Below are positions 8,913 through 18,965 of a stretch of DNA of 63,456 nt, one piece after another. Location: assembly GCA_964452095.1 (NCBI GenBank), contig CAYVKX010000002.1, positions 1 through 63,456 of the forward strand, read 5' to 3'. A program made the translations under genes and the position numbers. Numbering within the stretch: position 1 is the stretch's first letter; each line of letters starts with the position of its first letter. The notes below the pieces were generated by a model. The model made no database searches, had not been told where the DNA came from, and saw nothing but the letters and a program-made list of their open reading frames with translations. This DNA comes from an uncultured Weeksellaceae bacterium (GTDB lineage: Bacteria; Bacteroidota; Bacteroidia; Flavobacteriales; BACL11).

Positions 8913-11867
8913 ATGACAAAAGCAAAAAAATATTGGAAAGGTTTAGCGGAGCTAAATAATGATCCAATTGTAGAAAAATTAAGACAAAACGAATTTGTTG
9001 AAGAAATTCCTGTTGATGAGTTTTTAGGAGATAAAGATATATCTGCTACATCTACATCAAGAAGAGACTTTTTAAAGTTTTTAGGGTTTACAACTGCTGC
9101 TGCTACTTTAGCTGCTTGTGAGACTCCTGTTAATAAAGCAATTCCTTATGTAATAAAGCCAGAAGAAGTAACTCCTGGAGTTGCTAACTATTATGCAACT
9201 ACAATGTATGATGGACACGATTTTGGCTCTATCTTAGTAAAAACAAGAGAAGGAAGACCAATTAAAATTGAATCAAATAAAACTGCAACAAATGCAAGGA
9301 TTCAAGCTTCAGTTCTTTCTTTATATGATTCAGGGAGATTGCAGAATCCTACAAAAAATGGTACTGATTCTGATTGGGAAACTATGGATGCAGAAATTAC
9401 TGCTGAGTTAAACAAGATTTCTGCAAATGGAGGGAATATAGCTATTTTAACTTCAACAGTTTTAAGTCCTTCTACTAAAAGTTTAATTGCTGATTTCTCA
9501 TCTAAATACGGAAATGTAAAGCATGTACAAATGGATGCTGTTTCTTATAGTGGAATGTTAGATGCCAATAAAGCTTCATTTGGAGTAAGAGCATTACCTA
9601 CTTATAGTTTTGATAAAGCAAATGTTATTGTTTCATTTGGTGCTGATTTCTTAGGGAATTGGCTAAATGCTGATTATGCAACTGCTTATGCTGCTGGGAG
9701 AAATCCTAATTCAGGAAAAATGTCTAAGCATTACCAAATTGAAACTTCTTTATCGTTAACGGGTTCTAATGCTGATGAAAGGGTTCAAATCAAACCATCA
9801 GAACAAGCTGGTTTATTATCTAATTTATATAATGCATTAAATGGTGGTTCTGCTGATAGCAGAATAGCTAAATTAGCTAATGATTTAGCGAATAATGCAG
9901 GAAACTCTATTGTTGTTTGTAATAGTAATAATGCTGAGGTTCAGACTTTAGTAAATGCTATTAACAACAAGTTAGGGAACTATGAAAATACAATGTCATT
10001 ATCTAAACCTTCTTATTTAAAACAAGGAAATGATACTGATGTTGCAACTTTAATAAAAGATATGAATGCTGGTAAAATTTCAGCATTGTTTACTCATAAT
10101 GTAAACCCTTCTTATTCTTTGCAGAATGTTGCTGAGTATAATTCAGGAATTAAAAAAGTAGGATTAACAGTAGCTACTTCACTTTATAATGATGAGTCTG
10201 CAGAAAATATGACTTATGTTTGTGCTGATAATCATTACTTAGAAAGTTGGGGAGATGCAATGCCAGCACATGGTGAGTATACTTTGATGCAACCAACTAT
10301 TTCACCATTATTTAACGGAAGACAATTCCAAGAAAGTATGATGGCTTGGATGGGTAAATCAGATTATCATACTTATTTACAAAACTACTATTCATTTACT
10401 GATTGGAATCAATCAGTTCATGATGGTTATTTCACTTCAAATGATGGCAAGGTAAATCCTGCATCTTTTGCAGCAACTGTTCCTTCTTTTGCTTTGTCAA
10501 AATCTGAGAGAATTGAATTTGAAATGACTGAAAAAATTTCAATGGGAGATGGTTCTCAATCTAACAATCCTTGGTTACAAGAATTACCTGACCCTCTTTC
10601 AAGAGCTTCTTGGGATAATTACTTAACTATGTCAGCAGCTACTGCTCGTGAGTTAGGAATTACAAATTGGAATATTTCAAATGGTGCATTAAATGGTAAT
10701 ATGGTAGATATTACTGTAAATGGAACTACTTATAATGATGTTCCTGTTATGATTCAGCCAGGACAAGCAGTTGGTACTATTGCAATGGCTGTTGGATATG
10801 GAAGAACTGCTGCTGGAAAATGTGGTAATGATATAGGATTTAATGCATTTACTCTAGGTAATGGAGATGCAACTCTTAAAGTTGTTGGTGGGGAATATGA
10901 ATTTGCTGCTGTGCAATTGCATCATACAATGATGGGGAGAGAGATCGTAAAAGAAACTACTCTAGCTGATTTTATTGTTGATCCTTCTTCAGGAAATAAG
11001 GAAACTTTATACGCTACTCATGACGGGAAAAAGAAAGGTTCTGAAGTAACTCTTTGGGATGAATTCGATCATTCTACTGGTCACTTTTGGAATATGTCAA
11101 TTGATTTGACTTCATGTATTGGGTGTGCTGCTTGTGTAGTTTCGTGTCATGCTGAAAATAATGTCCCTGTAGTTGGTAAAGAAGAAATTAGAAAATCGAG
11201 AGATATGCACTGGTTGCGTATTGATCGTTACTTCTCTTCTGATATGACAAGAGAATTGTCTGAAGCAGAAAAAGTTTCTGCTATTGATATGTATGCTAAA
11301 ATGGAAGATCCTTCAGGAAATCCTGAAACGGTTTATCAGCCAGTAATGTGTCAGCATTGTAATCATGCCCCTTGTGAAACTGTTTGCCCTGTGGCTGCAA
11401 CTTCACATAGTGCTGAAGGTCAAAATCACATGGCTTACAATAGATGTGTAGGTACTAGATATTGTGCTAATAACTGCCCTTATAAAGTAAGAAGATTCAA
11501 CTGGTTCCAGTACTCTGAAAACGATAAGTTTGATTTTAATATGAATGATGACTATGGTAAGATGGTATTGAATCCTGATGTAGTTGTAAGATCAAGAGGG
11601 GTTATTGAGAAATGTTCTATGTGTTTACAGAAAATACAAGAAACTAAGTTAGATGCTAAAAAAACAGGAAGAACAGTTAGAGATGAAGATGCTCAAACAG
11701 CATGTTCATCAGTTTGCCCTACTAATGCAATTGTATTTGGAGATTCAAATGATTCTTCTCATGAAATTTCAGATTTGAAAAATGACCCTAGAAAATACGA
11801 TTTATTAGATCATTTAAATGTTGCACCATCAGTGTTCTATCAAACAAAAATTAGAAATAAAGCTTAA
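8913..11867 (+). CDS. actB: ACIII subunit ActB (molybdopterin-oxidoreductase-like domain fused to a 4Fe-4S ferredoxin domain, Tat signal)
   Basis: Twin-arginine SRRDFLKFLGF...LAAC; Fe-S motifs CIGCAACVVSCHAEN, CQHCNHAPCETVCP, CVGTRYCANNCPY and CSSVCPTNAI. Confidence 0.9.
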   Translation: MTKAKKYWKGLAELNNDPIVEKLRQNEFVEEIPVDEFLGDKDISATSTSRRDFLKFLGFTTAAATLAACETPVNKAIPYVIKPEEVTPGVANYYATTMYDGHDFGSILVKTREGRPIKIESNKTATNARIQASVLSLYDSGRLQNPTKNGTDSDWETMDAEITAELNKISANGGNIAILTSTVLSPSTKSLIADFSSKYGNVKHVQMDAVSYSGMLDANKASFGVRALPTYSFDKANVIVSFGADFLGNWLNADYATAYAAGRNPNSGKMSKHYQIETSLSLTGSNADERVQIKPSEQAGLLSNLYNALNGGSADSRIAKLANDLANNAGNSIVVCNSNNAEVQTLVNAINNKLGNYENTMSLSKPSYLKQGNDTDVATLIKDMNAGKISALFTHNVNPSYSLQNVAEYNSGIKKVGLTVATSLYNDESAENMTYVCADNHYLESWGDAMPAHGEYTLMQPTISPLFNGRQFQESMMAWMGKSDYHTYLQNYYSFTDWNQSVHDGYFTSNDGKVNPASFAATVPSFALSKSERIEFEMTEKISMGDGSQSNNPWLQELPDPLSRASWDNYLTMSAATARELGITNWNISNGALNGNMVDITVNGTTYNDVPVMIQPGQAVGTIAMAVGYGRTAAGKCGNDIGFNAFTLGNGDATLKVVGGEYEFAAVQLHHTMMGREIVKETTLADFIVDPSSGNKETLYATHDGKKKGSEVTLWDEFDHSTGHFWNMSIDLTSCIGCAACVVSCHAENNVPVVGKEEIRKSRDMHWLRIDRYFSSDMTRELSEAEKVSAIDMYAKMEDPSGNPETVYQPVMCQHCNHAPCETVCPVAATSHSAEGQNHMAYNRCVGTRYCANNCPYKVRRFNWFQYSENDKFDFNMNDDYGKMVLNPDVVVRSRGVIEKCSMCLQKIQETKLDAKKTGRTVRDEDAQTACSSVCPTNAIVFGDSNDSSHEISDLKNDPRKYDLLDHLNVAPSVFYQTKIRNKA

Positions 11868-11876
11868 TTTATAGAT

Positions 11877-13256
11877 ATGCAAAAAGAATCAGAAATTAGA
11901 GACCCCTTAATTCTTGGTAATAAATCTTACCATGATATTACTAGGGATATTGCTCGTCCTGTTGAAGGAAAAGCCAATAAATATTGGTGGATTTTATTCT
12001 CATTATCATTAGTACTTTTCTTATGGGGGGTACTTTCAATGGCTTACACAATTGGAACAGGTATTGGTGCTTGGGGACTTAACAAAACTGTAAACTGGGC
12101 TTGGGATATTACCAACTTTGTTTGGTGGATTGGAATTGGACATGCGGGAACATTAATCTCTGCAGTGCTTTTATTATTCCGTCAGAAATGGAGAATGTCA
12201 ATTAACCGTTCAGCAGAGGCAATGACAATTTTTGGAGTACTTCAAGCGTCATTATTCCCAATTATTCACATGGGAAGACCATGGCTTGCTTACTATGTTT
12301 TTCCTATTCCTAATCAGTTTGGCTCACTTTGGGTAAACTTTAATTCCCCTCTACTTTGGGATGTATTTGCAATTTCAACTTATTTTTCTGTATCGCTTGT
12401 ATTTTGGTACATTGGATTAATTCCTGATTTTGCAATGCTCAGAGATAGATTTAGTGAAAAAGTTTCTCCAATGAAAAAGAAATTATATGCTTTTTTATCC
12501 TTTGGTTGGAGTGGAAAAGCAAAACATTGGCAAAGATTTGAAGAGGTTTCTTTAGTATTAGCTGGACTTGCAACTCCTCTTGTATTCTCGGTACACTCTA
12601 TTGTATCTATGGATTTTGCAACTTCTGTAATTCCTGGGTGGCATACTACAATTTTCCCGCCTTATTTTGTGCTTGGAGCTTTATTCTCTGGGTTCGCAAT
12701 GGTGGAGACCTTGCTTATTATTATGCGAAAAGTAGTGAATTTGGAATCCTACATTACTATTAAGCATATCGAGTATATGAATATCATCATTTTACTTACG
12801 GGTTCTTTGGTGGGAACGGCTTATATTACTGAACTTTTTATGTCATGGTATTCTGGTGTTGAGTTTGAACAATATGCGTTCTTAAATAGAGCAACTGGTC
12901 CTTACTGGTGGGCTTATGCAATTATGATGACTTGTAATGTACTTACTCCTCAGTTATATTGGTTCAGTTCAATCAGAAAGAGTTTTGTAGCAACTTTCAT
13001 CTTATCAATTTTTGTAAATATCGGAATGTGGTTTGAGCGTTTTGTGATTATTGTAACTTCTCTACATAGAGATTTCTTACCATCTTCTTGGAGTATGTTT
13101 TCGCCATCTTTTATCGATATTGGAATTTATTTGGGAACAATAGGATTCTTCTTTACGCTATTTTTATTATACGCTAGAACTTTCCCAGTAATTGCACAAG
13201 CAGAATTAAAAACTATTGTTAAATCTTCTGGTTCAGAATATAAAAACAAAAAATAA
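11877..13256 (+). CDS. actC: ACIII subunit ActC (NrfD/PsrC-like polytopic quinol-interacting membrane subunit)
   Basis: About 10 hydrophobic segments, NrfD-like, positioned after actB. Confidence 0.85.
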   Translation: MQKESEIRDPLILGNKSYHDITRDIARPVEGKANKYWWILFSLSLVLFLWGVLSMAYTIGTGIGAWGLNKTVNWAWDITNFVWWIGIGHAGTLISAVLLLFRQKWRMSINRSAEAMTIFGVLQASLFPIIHMGRPWLAYYVFPIPNQFGSLWVNFNSPLLWDVFAISTYFSVSLVFWYIGLIPDFAMLRDRFSEKVSPMKKKLYAFLSFGWSGKAKHWQRFEEVSLVLAGLATPLVFSVHSIVSMDFATSVIPGWHTTIFPPYFVLGALFSGFAMVETLLIIMRKVVNLESYITIKHIEYMNIIILLTGSLVGTAYITELFMSWYSGVEFEQYAFLNRATGPYWWAYAIMMTCNVLTPQLYWFSSIRKSFVATFILSIFVNIGMWFERFVIIVTSLHRDFLPSSWSMFSPSFIDIGIYLGTIGFFFTLFLLYARTFPVIAQAELKTIVKSSGSEYKNKK

Positions 13257-13777
13257 TGAGTAAAAATACACTATACGGAATCTTTGATGATGAAGAAATT
13301 TTACTTTCTTCAGTAAAAGAAATTCGTGCAAATAATATTGAGATTAAAGAGGTTTATTCTCCTTTCCCTATTCACGGTTTAGATAAAGCTTTGGGCTTAA
13401 AAGAAACAAGAATGGCAATTTTAGCATTCATTTATGGTTGCCTTGGTTTAGCTTTGGGTAGTTTAATGATTTATTATATGATGCAAGTAGATTGGCCACA
13501 AAATATTGGTGGAAAACCAAACTGGACATTCTATCATAATATTCCAGCATTTGTGCCTGTACTTTTTGAGTGTACGGTACTTTTTGCAGCTCACTTAATG
13601 TCGATTACTTACTTAATAAGATGTGGCTTATATCCTGGCGGAAAATCAGATTCTCCAGATGCAAGAACAACTGATGATAAATTTTTAATGGAGATAGAAG
13701 TAGATGGAGATGTAGCAAATGTAAAAGAAATGCTTTCAAAAACTGGAGCAACTGAAATTAATGAGAAAAACGCTTAA
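13256..13777 (+). CDS. actD: ACIII subunit ActD (DUF3341-type)
   Basis: 173 aa with two central TM helices. The start overlaps the actC stop (TAATG). Operon position supports the call. Confidence 0.75.
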   Translation: MSKNTLYGIFDDEEILLSSVKEIRANNIEIKEVYSPFPIHGLDKALGLKETRMAILAFIYGCLGLALGSLMIYYMMQVDWPQNIGGKPNWTFYHNIPAFVPVLFECTVLFAAHLMSITYLIRCGLYPGGKSDSPDARTTDDKFLMEIEVDGDVANVKEMLSKTGATEINEKNA

Positions 13778-13779
13778 TC

Positions 13780-14358
13780 ATGAATAAAGTATTAATAAAA
13801 ATCGCATTTGTAGCAGGAGTAATTTTTTTCTCTGCTTGTACTGGTGGAGATTCTAGCCCTGGCTATGAATTTATGCCAAATATGTATCGTTCGGCTTCAC
13901 AAGAAACTTATGGAGAAAACAATATCAATGGTATGAATGCCAGAACTCCTGTTGAAGGAACTGTAGCTAGAGGACACCTTTCTACCTTCAACTATGATGG
14001 AACATTAGAAGGTTATTTAAAAGCTGGTGAAGCAGTTAATCCTATTGAGAATAATGAAGAAAATTTAGCAGACGGTAAAGCCCTTTATGGAATGTTTTGT
14101 GAGCATTGTCATGGTAAAACAGGAGCAGGAGATGGTACGGTAATGCATGCTTTGTATTCGGCAGTTCCTCATTATAATGATGACAAATTAAAAAGAAGAT
14201 GTGGTGTGCCAATGTGCGATTTAAAAGCTGGGCATATTTTCCATGCGATTACTTTTGGACTTAATTCAATGGGGCCTCATGCATCACAAATTAATGAACA
14301 GGAGAGATGGAAAATTACTCTTTATATTCAAGAAGAATTACAACATTACGGTAAATAA
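13780..14358 (+). CDS. actE: ACIII subunit ActE, monohaem cytochrome c lipoprotein
   Basis: Lipobox-like FFSAC and a single CEHCH haem motif. Confidence 0.8.
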   Translation: MNKVLIKIAFVAGVIFFSACTGGDSSPGYEFMPNMYRSASQETYGENNINGMNARTPVEGTVARGHLSTFNYDGTLEGYLKAGEAVNPIENNEENLADGKALYGMFCEHCHGKTGAGDGTVMHALYSAVPHYNDDKLKRRCGVPMCDLKAGHIFHAITFGLNSMGPHASQINEQERWKITLYIQEELQHYGK

Positions 14359-14372
14359 AAAAATAAAATAGA

Positions 14373-15557
14373 ATGTTTACAATAAATAAAAAAGCAAAAA
14401 ATCTTTCAATGGTTCTTATGGCCGTTGGGCTAATTGCATTAATTTTCGGATTTGTGTCAAGTCCTCATGGGGCTTGGCCAGCACTACTTTTCAATACTTA
14501 TTTCTACTTAGGAATATCAGTTTTTGCTGTATTTTTTGTGGCAATGCAGTATGTGGCAGAAGCGGGTTGGTCCATTGTACTTAAAAGAGTGCCGGAAGCA
14601 ATAATGGGAGCATTGCCTGTATTTAGTATTATTATGCTATTTATTATGGTTGCAGCCATTATGCATTGGAATCATATTTACCATTGGTTACATGAAGGAA
14701 TTATGGATCCAAATAGTGAGCATTACGATTCAATTATTGCTGGGAAAGAGGCATTTTTGAATGCAACCTTCTTTATCATTAGAACGCTTATTTACCTTTT
14801 AGGTTGGAACTTTTTTGCTAGAAAACTAAGAGCATTATCTTTATTAGAGGATAAAGAAGGAGGCACTGCAATTCACTTTAATAGCGTGAGTACATCAGCT
14901 TGGTTTATGGTGTTTTTTGCAATTACTTCAGCCATTGCATCTTGGGATTGGATTATGTCAATAGATACGCATTGGTTCTCTACTATTTTTGGTTGGTATG
15001 TATTCTCAGAATGGGCGGCAATCGGATTTACAACTATTCTTTTGTTCACGCTTTATTTGCAAAAACAAGGTTATTTAAAAGATGTGAATGATAGTCATAT
15101 TCACGATTTAGGAAAATGGATTTTTGCATTCTCACTGGTATGGACTTACATTTGGTTTTCTCAATTTATGCTTATTTGGTACTCCAATATCCCAGAGGAA
15201 GTAACTTATTATACTGCAAGATTAGAAGTTGAGAATTACAAATTTTTGTTTTGGTTCTCAATGCTGATTAACTTCTTGTTTCCTATTATTTTACTAATGA
15301 GTAGAGATGCAAAACGAAAAAAAGGAAGATTGATTTTTGTGGGAATTATCATTCTTATTGGGCATTGGCTCAACTCTTACTTAATGGTTGCTCCTGGCAC
15401 TTTAAACACACACGGGCATATAGGAATTACCGAAATTGGAATAGGGCTTGGCTTTGCGGGCTTATTGATTTATTTAACATTAAACGCTTTAACAAAAGCA
15501 CCATTGGAAACCAAAAATCATCCTATGCTTGATGAAAGCAAACATTTACATACATAA
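14373..15557 (+). CDS. actF: ACIII subunit ActF (second polytopic membrane subunit)
   Basis: Polytopic membrane protein and the last gene of the act cluster. Confidence 0.75.
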   Translation: MFTINKKAKNLSMVLMAVGLIALIFGFVSSPHGAWPALLFNTYFYLGISVFAVFFVAMQYVAEAGWSIVLKRVPEAIMGALPVFSIIMLFIMVAAIMHWNHIYHWLHEGIMDPNSEHYDSIIAGKEAFLNATFFIIRTLIYLLGWNFFARKLRALSLLEDKEGGTAIHFNSVSTSAWFMVFFAITSAIASWDWIMSIDTHWFSTIFGWYVFSEWAAIGFTTILLFTLYLQKQGYLKDVNDSHIHDLGKWIFAFSLVWTYIWFSQFMLIWYSNIPEEVTYYTARLEVENYKFLFWFSMLINFLFPIILLMSRDAKRKKGRLIFVGIIILIGHWLNSYLMVAPGTLNTHGHIGITEIGIGLGFAGLLIYLTLNALTKAPLETKNHPMLDESKHLHT

Positions 15558-15583
15558 AATTGTATTGTTAATATAAAATTTAA

Positions 15584-15609
15584 GGGCTAGTATTTCTAGC
15601 CCTTTTTTT
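15584..15609 (+). terminator. Intrinsic terminator of the act operon
   Basis: gggctag-tattt-ctagccc hairpin followed by ttttttt. Confidence 0.75.
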
Positions 15610-15614
15610 ATGCT

Positions 15615-15622
15615 TACATTTG
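15615..15622 (+). promoter_or_regulatory. -7 box TACATTTG for ruvB
   Basis: TAnnTTTG match, 8 nt upstream of the ATG at 15631 and immediately after the terminator T-tract. Confidence 0.45.
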
Positions 15623-15630
15623 CCTTTGAA

Positions 15631-16656
15631 ATGAGTGAAGAATTAGATCCGAATATTGAAAATCTTTCAGAAGAAGAAATTGTTTTTGAACAAGTTTTAC
15701 GCCCAAAGTTATTCAATGATTTTTTTGGGCAAGAACAAATTGTAGATAATCTAAAAATTTTTATTGAAGCGGCAAGCAGAAGAAATGATGCGCTTGACCA
15801 TACGCTTTTGCACGGCCCTCCTGGGCTTGGCAAAACTACTTTGGCAAATATTATTGCTAATGAGTTGGGTGTAGGTATAAAAACTACTTCCGGTCCTGTA
15901 CTAGATAAACCAGGAGATTTAGCTGGGCTTTTGACAAACTTAGAAGAAAGAGATGTCCTTTTTATTGATGAGATTCATAGGTTAAATCCAATTATTGAAG
16001 AGTATTTGTATTCTGCAATGGAAGATTTCCAAATTGATATTATGATAGAATCTGGCCCGAATGCTCGTTCTGTTCAATTGCAAATAAATCCTTTTACCTT
16101 GATTGGAGCAACTACTCGTTCTGGCTTGCTTACCTCTCCACTTAGGGCAAGATTTGGAATTAATTCTCGCCTTTCCTATTATCCCTCTGATTTACTTTCT
16201 GGAATTGTAAATCGTTCGGCTTCTATATTAGATGTTGGAATTACAAAAGATGCGGCTAATGAAATCGCCAAAAGAAGTAGAGGAACACCAAGAATTGCAA
16301 ACGCAATACTTAGAAGAATTAGAGATTTTGCAGAAATTAAAGGGGATGGAAATATTAATTTGGAAATTACAAATTCATCATTAGAAGCACTAAATGTAGA
16401 TAGGCACGGCTTAGATGAAATGGACAATAGAATTCTTTCTGCTATTATCGATAAATTTGGAGGCGGTCCTGTTGGGCTCACCACCATTGCTACTGCTGTT
16501 GGCGAACAAGCTGGAACAATTGAGGAAGTGTATGAACCTTATTTAATTCAAGAAGGATACTTAATGCGAACACCAAGAGGAAGGCAAGCCACAGAAAAAG
16601 CTTTTAAGCATTTAGGGAAAACCGGCCCTACAAAACAATCGGATTTGTTTGACTAA
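15631..16656 (+). CDS. ruvB: Holliday junction branch-migration helicase RuvB
   Basis: Walker [12 protein letters not shown], Walker [10 protein letters not shown], sensor GATTRSGLL. The start is moved from 15610 to 15631 because 15610-15630 overlaps the terminator tail and the promoter box. Confidence 0.95.
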   Translation: MSEELDPNIENLSEEEIVFEQVLRPKLFNDFFGQEQIVDNLKIFIEAASRRNDALDHTLLHGPPGLGKTTLANIIANELGVGIKTTSGPVLDKPGDLAGLLTNLEERDVLFIDEIHRLNPIIEEYLYSAMEDFQIDIMIESGPNARSVQLQINPFTLIGATTRSGLLTSPLRARFGINSRLSYYPSDLLSGIVNRSASILDVGITKDAANEIAKRSRGTPRIANAILRRIRDFAEIKGDGNINLEITNSSLEALNVDRHGLDEMDNRILSAIIDKFGGGPVGLTTIATAVGEQAGTIEEVYEPYLIQEGYLMRTPRGRQATEKAFKHLGKTGPTKQSDLFD

Positions 16657-16659
16657 ATA

Positions 16660-17604
16660 ATGTCAACTTTGCACCATACTTCTTTATTAAAACAAAAAGC
16701 TTTAGAATTAGGTTTTGCTTATTGTAAAGTTTCCAAAGCTGAGTTTCTTCACAAAGAAGCCCTGCAATTAGAAAGATGGCTTGCTAAAGATTATCATGGT
16801 GAGATGAGTTATATGGAAAATCATTTTGATAAAAGATTGAATCCAAAACTGTTGGTAACGGGTGCAAAATCAGTAATTTCATTGGCATTTAATTATTATT
16901 CCCCTGCAAAGCAAGAAGATAAAAATGCTCCAAAAATTTCTATTTATGCCTTTGGGAGAGATTACCATAAAGTAGTAAAGAAAAAACTAAAATTACTTTT
17001 TCAGTTTTTGCAGGATGAAATAGGAGATGTAAATGGTAGATATTTTGTGGATTCTGCTCCTGTAATGGAAAAATCTTGGGCAGAGAAAAGTGGTATTGGC
17101 TGGATTGGGAAGCACAGCAACTTAATTTCTAAAAGTCAGGGTTCTTATTTTTTCTTAGCGGAACTTATTTTGGATGTTCCACTTGAATATGATTCCCCAA
17201 TTAAAGATTATTGCGGGACTTGCACAAAATGTATTGATGCTTGCCCCACTGACGCTATTACCGAACCTTATGTGGTTGATGGGAGTAAATGTATTTCCTA
17301 TTATACTATTGAGCTAAAAAATGCTATCCCAGAAAATGTTAAGGGTAAGTTTGAAAATTGGATGTTTGGCTGTGATATTTGTCAAATGGTTTGTCCTTGG
17401 AATAAATTTTCAATTCCACATAATGAAGCTAATTTTCTACCAAAAAAAGAATTACTATCCTTTAAAAAAGAAGATTGGGAAAAGTTAGAAGTAGAAAAAT
17501 TTGATGAAATATTTGAGGGTTCGCCAATAAAACGAACGGGCTTTAAGGGCTTAAAAAGAAATATAGAATTTGTTACGAAATCTGATCGAACACTTCCAAG
17601 ATAA
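16660..17604 (+). CDS. queG: Epoxyqueuosine reductase QueG
   Basis: Ferredoxin motifs [16 protein letters not shown] and [13 protein letters not shown]; GWIGKH motif. Confidence 0.9.
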   Translation: MSTLHHTSLLKQKALELGFAYCKVSKAEFLHKEALQLERWLAKDYHGEMSYMENHFDKRLNPKLLVTGAKSVISLAFNYYSPAKQEDKNAPKISIYAFGRDYHKVVKKKLKLLFQFLQDEIGDVNGRYFVDSAPVMEKSWAEKSGIGWIGKHSNLISKSQGSYFFLAELILDVPLEYDSPIKDYCGTCTKCIDACPTDAITEPYVVDGSKCISYYTIELKNAIPENVKGKFENWMFGCDICQMVCPWNKFSIPHNEANFLPKKELLSFKKEDWEKLEVEKFDEIFEGSPIKRTGFKGLKRNIEFVTKSDRTLPR

Positions 17605-17758
17605 TTCCTTTATATTGAGAAAAAGTAGCAAGTGCCCAAATTTTTAAATGGGTCATTTCTCTTTTACTAAGCCAACGCAAGCTTTTTTGTAATTCTTTTC
17701 TAAATAGGGCTTTATCGAAACTGACTTTATTGAGGACTTTTTTACTGAATTCTAACAT
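17573..17758 (-). CDS. Small hypothetical protein (61 aa), first gene candidate upstream of nothing obvious and downstream of ubiX
   Basis: Only an ATG-initiated ORF in an otherwise empty 190-nt gap. Its 3' end overlaps the queG 3' end by 32 nt. No recognisable motif. Confidence 0.35.
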   Translation of the reverse strand: MLEFSKKVLNKVSFDKALFRKELQKSLRWLSKREMTHLKIWALATFSQYKGIILEVFDQIS

Positions 17759-17798
17759 AATTTATTTTTATCTATACAATAACACAAAGTTGCAATAA

Positions 17799-18371
17799 TT
17801 ATTGTTTATCCCCCCAACTATATGCTTTATTTTGTAAACCGGTAAGTGTTAATACCCTATCAATTACGGTTGCTGCAAGCTCTTCAAAGTTTTGGGGTTT
17901 GCTATAAAATGATGGTGTTGCAGGGCAAATAATTCCTCCGGCTTCTGTGATGCTTTTCATATTATTAATATGAATTAAATTGTAAGGGGTTTCCCTAGCC
18001 ACTAAGATGAGTTTTCGCCTTTCTTTCAAAATTACATCAGCAGCTCTTGTAGTCAAATCATTTGATATTCCTGCTGCAATTCTTCCCATTGTACCCATAG
18101 AGCAAGGGCAGATTATCATAGTATCAAAATTAGCCGATCCGCTTGCAAAAGGTGCCATAAAATCTTGTTTTTCATAAAAGGAAAAAGGTAATTTTTCATA
18201 CGCTTTATTGCCTAATTCGGTTTGCCAAACAAACTTTGCATTCTCACTCATCAATATGCCGACTTCTTCAATTTGTTCTTCTAACTGCATAAGTTTGTCA
18301 AACAAAACTTTTGCATAAATTGCTCCACTAGCTCCACTAACTGCAATAATTATTTTGTGTTTTTTACTCAT
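17799..18371 (-). CDS. ubiX: Flavin prenyltransferase UbiX
   Basis: KIIIAVSGASGAIYA N-terminus, PCSMGTMGRIAAG and ARETP motifs, about 190 aa. Confidence 0.9.
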   Translation of the reverse strand: MSKKHKIIIAVSGASGAIYAKVLFDKLMQLEEQIEEVGILMSENAKFVWQTELGNKAYEKLPFSFYEKQDFMAPFASGSANFDTMIICPCSMGTMGRIAAGISNDLTTRAADVILKERRKLILVARETPYNLIHINNMKSITEAGGIICPATPSFYSKPQNFEELAATVIDRVLTLTGLQNKAYSWGDKQ

Positions 18372-18964
18372 CTTATTTTATAATGAATCGCAAAACTTAA
18401 TACAGTATTGTATTGTCCTTTATTCCAACCATTTGTAGCACCAGAAGCATGAGGGCGAATTGGAATAATGGAGTTGCTAATTCTTGTATTCAAGATAATG
18501 TTATCCGTTAAATGATAATTAATTCCAGCAAAAATTCCAAAATCATATTTTTCAAAATCAGGAGAAAAATTGATTTCAGAATAATAATCATTCATTGCAG
18601 AACTAAGAATAAGTGCAGGTAAAACTCCCAATTCAATGCCTAAATTTTCACTTTGTTGCAGGTTAATACTCATTGGTACTTCTACATAAGAAAGCGTAAT
18701 TTCATCAATTTTGTATTTATGGATATTTGGATTTCTGCTTCCCTTTTGAATGTAAGTTATTTCAAATTGAAAACTAATGTTTTCTTTCGCTTTTAAGTTG
18801 GTATATGCTCCAGCAAGCAATCCAATTTTATTAAAACCACCGAGCATATCCCCTGAAACTTGTGAAGTGCTTAATCCCAGAATAACTCCACCGCCAAAAT
18901 TTTGTGCTTGAATATTTGAGAAAAGAAATCCACAAAAAAATAAGATTGCAAATCTCTTTTTCAT
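18368..18964 (-). CDS. Small outer-membrane beta-barrel (porin-family/OMP_b-brl_2-like) protein
   Basis: Signal peptide MKKRFAILFFCGFLFSNIQAQ, alternating amphipathic strands, about 200 aa. Confidence 0.6.
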   Translation of the reverse strand: MKKRFAILFFCGFLFSNIQAQNFGGGVILGLSTSQVSGDMLGGFNKIGLLAGAYTNLKAKENISFQFEITYIQKGSRNPNIHKYKIDEITLSYVEVPMSINLQQSENLGIELGVLPALILSSAMNDYYSEINFSPDFEKYDFGIFAGINYHLTDNIILNTRISNSIIPIRPHASGATNGWNKGQYNTVLSFAIHYKIR

Positions 18965-18965
18965 A

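Noticed and set aside
14900-15091. 63-aa same-strand ORF inside actF
   Set aside because: Out of frame within a continuous membrane-protein gene, with no independent evidence.
15610-15630. N-terminal extensions offered by the ORF track. Cases: ruvB 15610, SPOR 7109, redoxin 24688, Cys-rich protein 24746, deoC 35721, ST2 42040, gmhB/gmd 53736, Wzi-like 56366, helicase 60607.
   Set aside because: In each case the extension uses a non-ATG codon, or runs through a terminator tail, a TAnnTTTG box or the upstream gene. The extensions also precede a canonical signal peptide or the conserved N-terminus. Internal ATGs were chosen instead.
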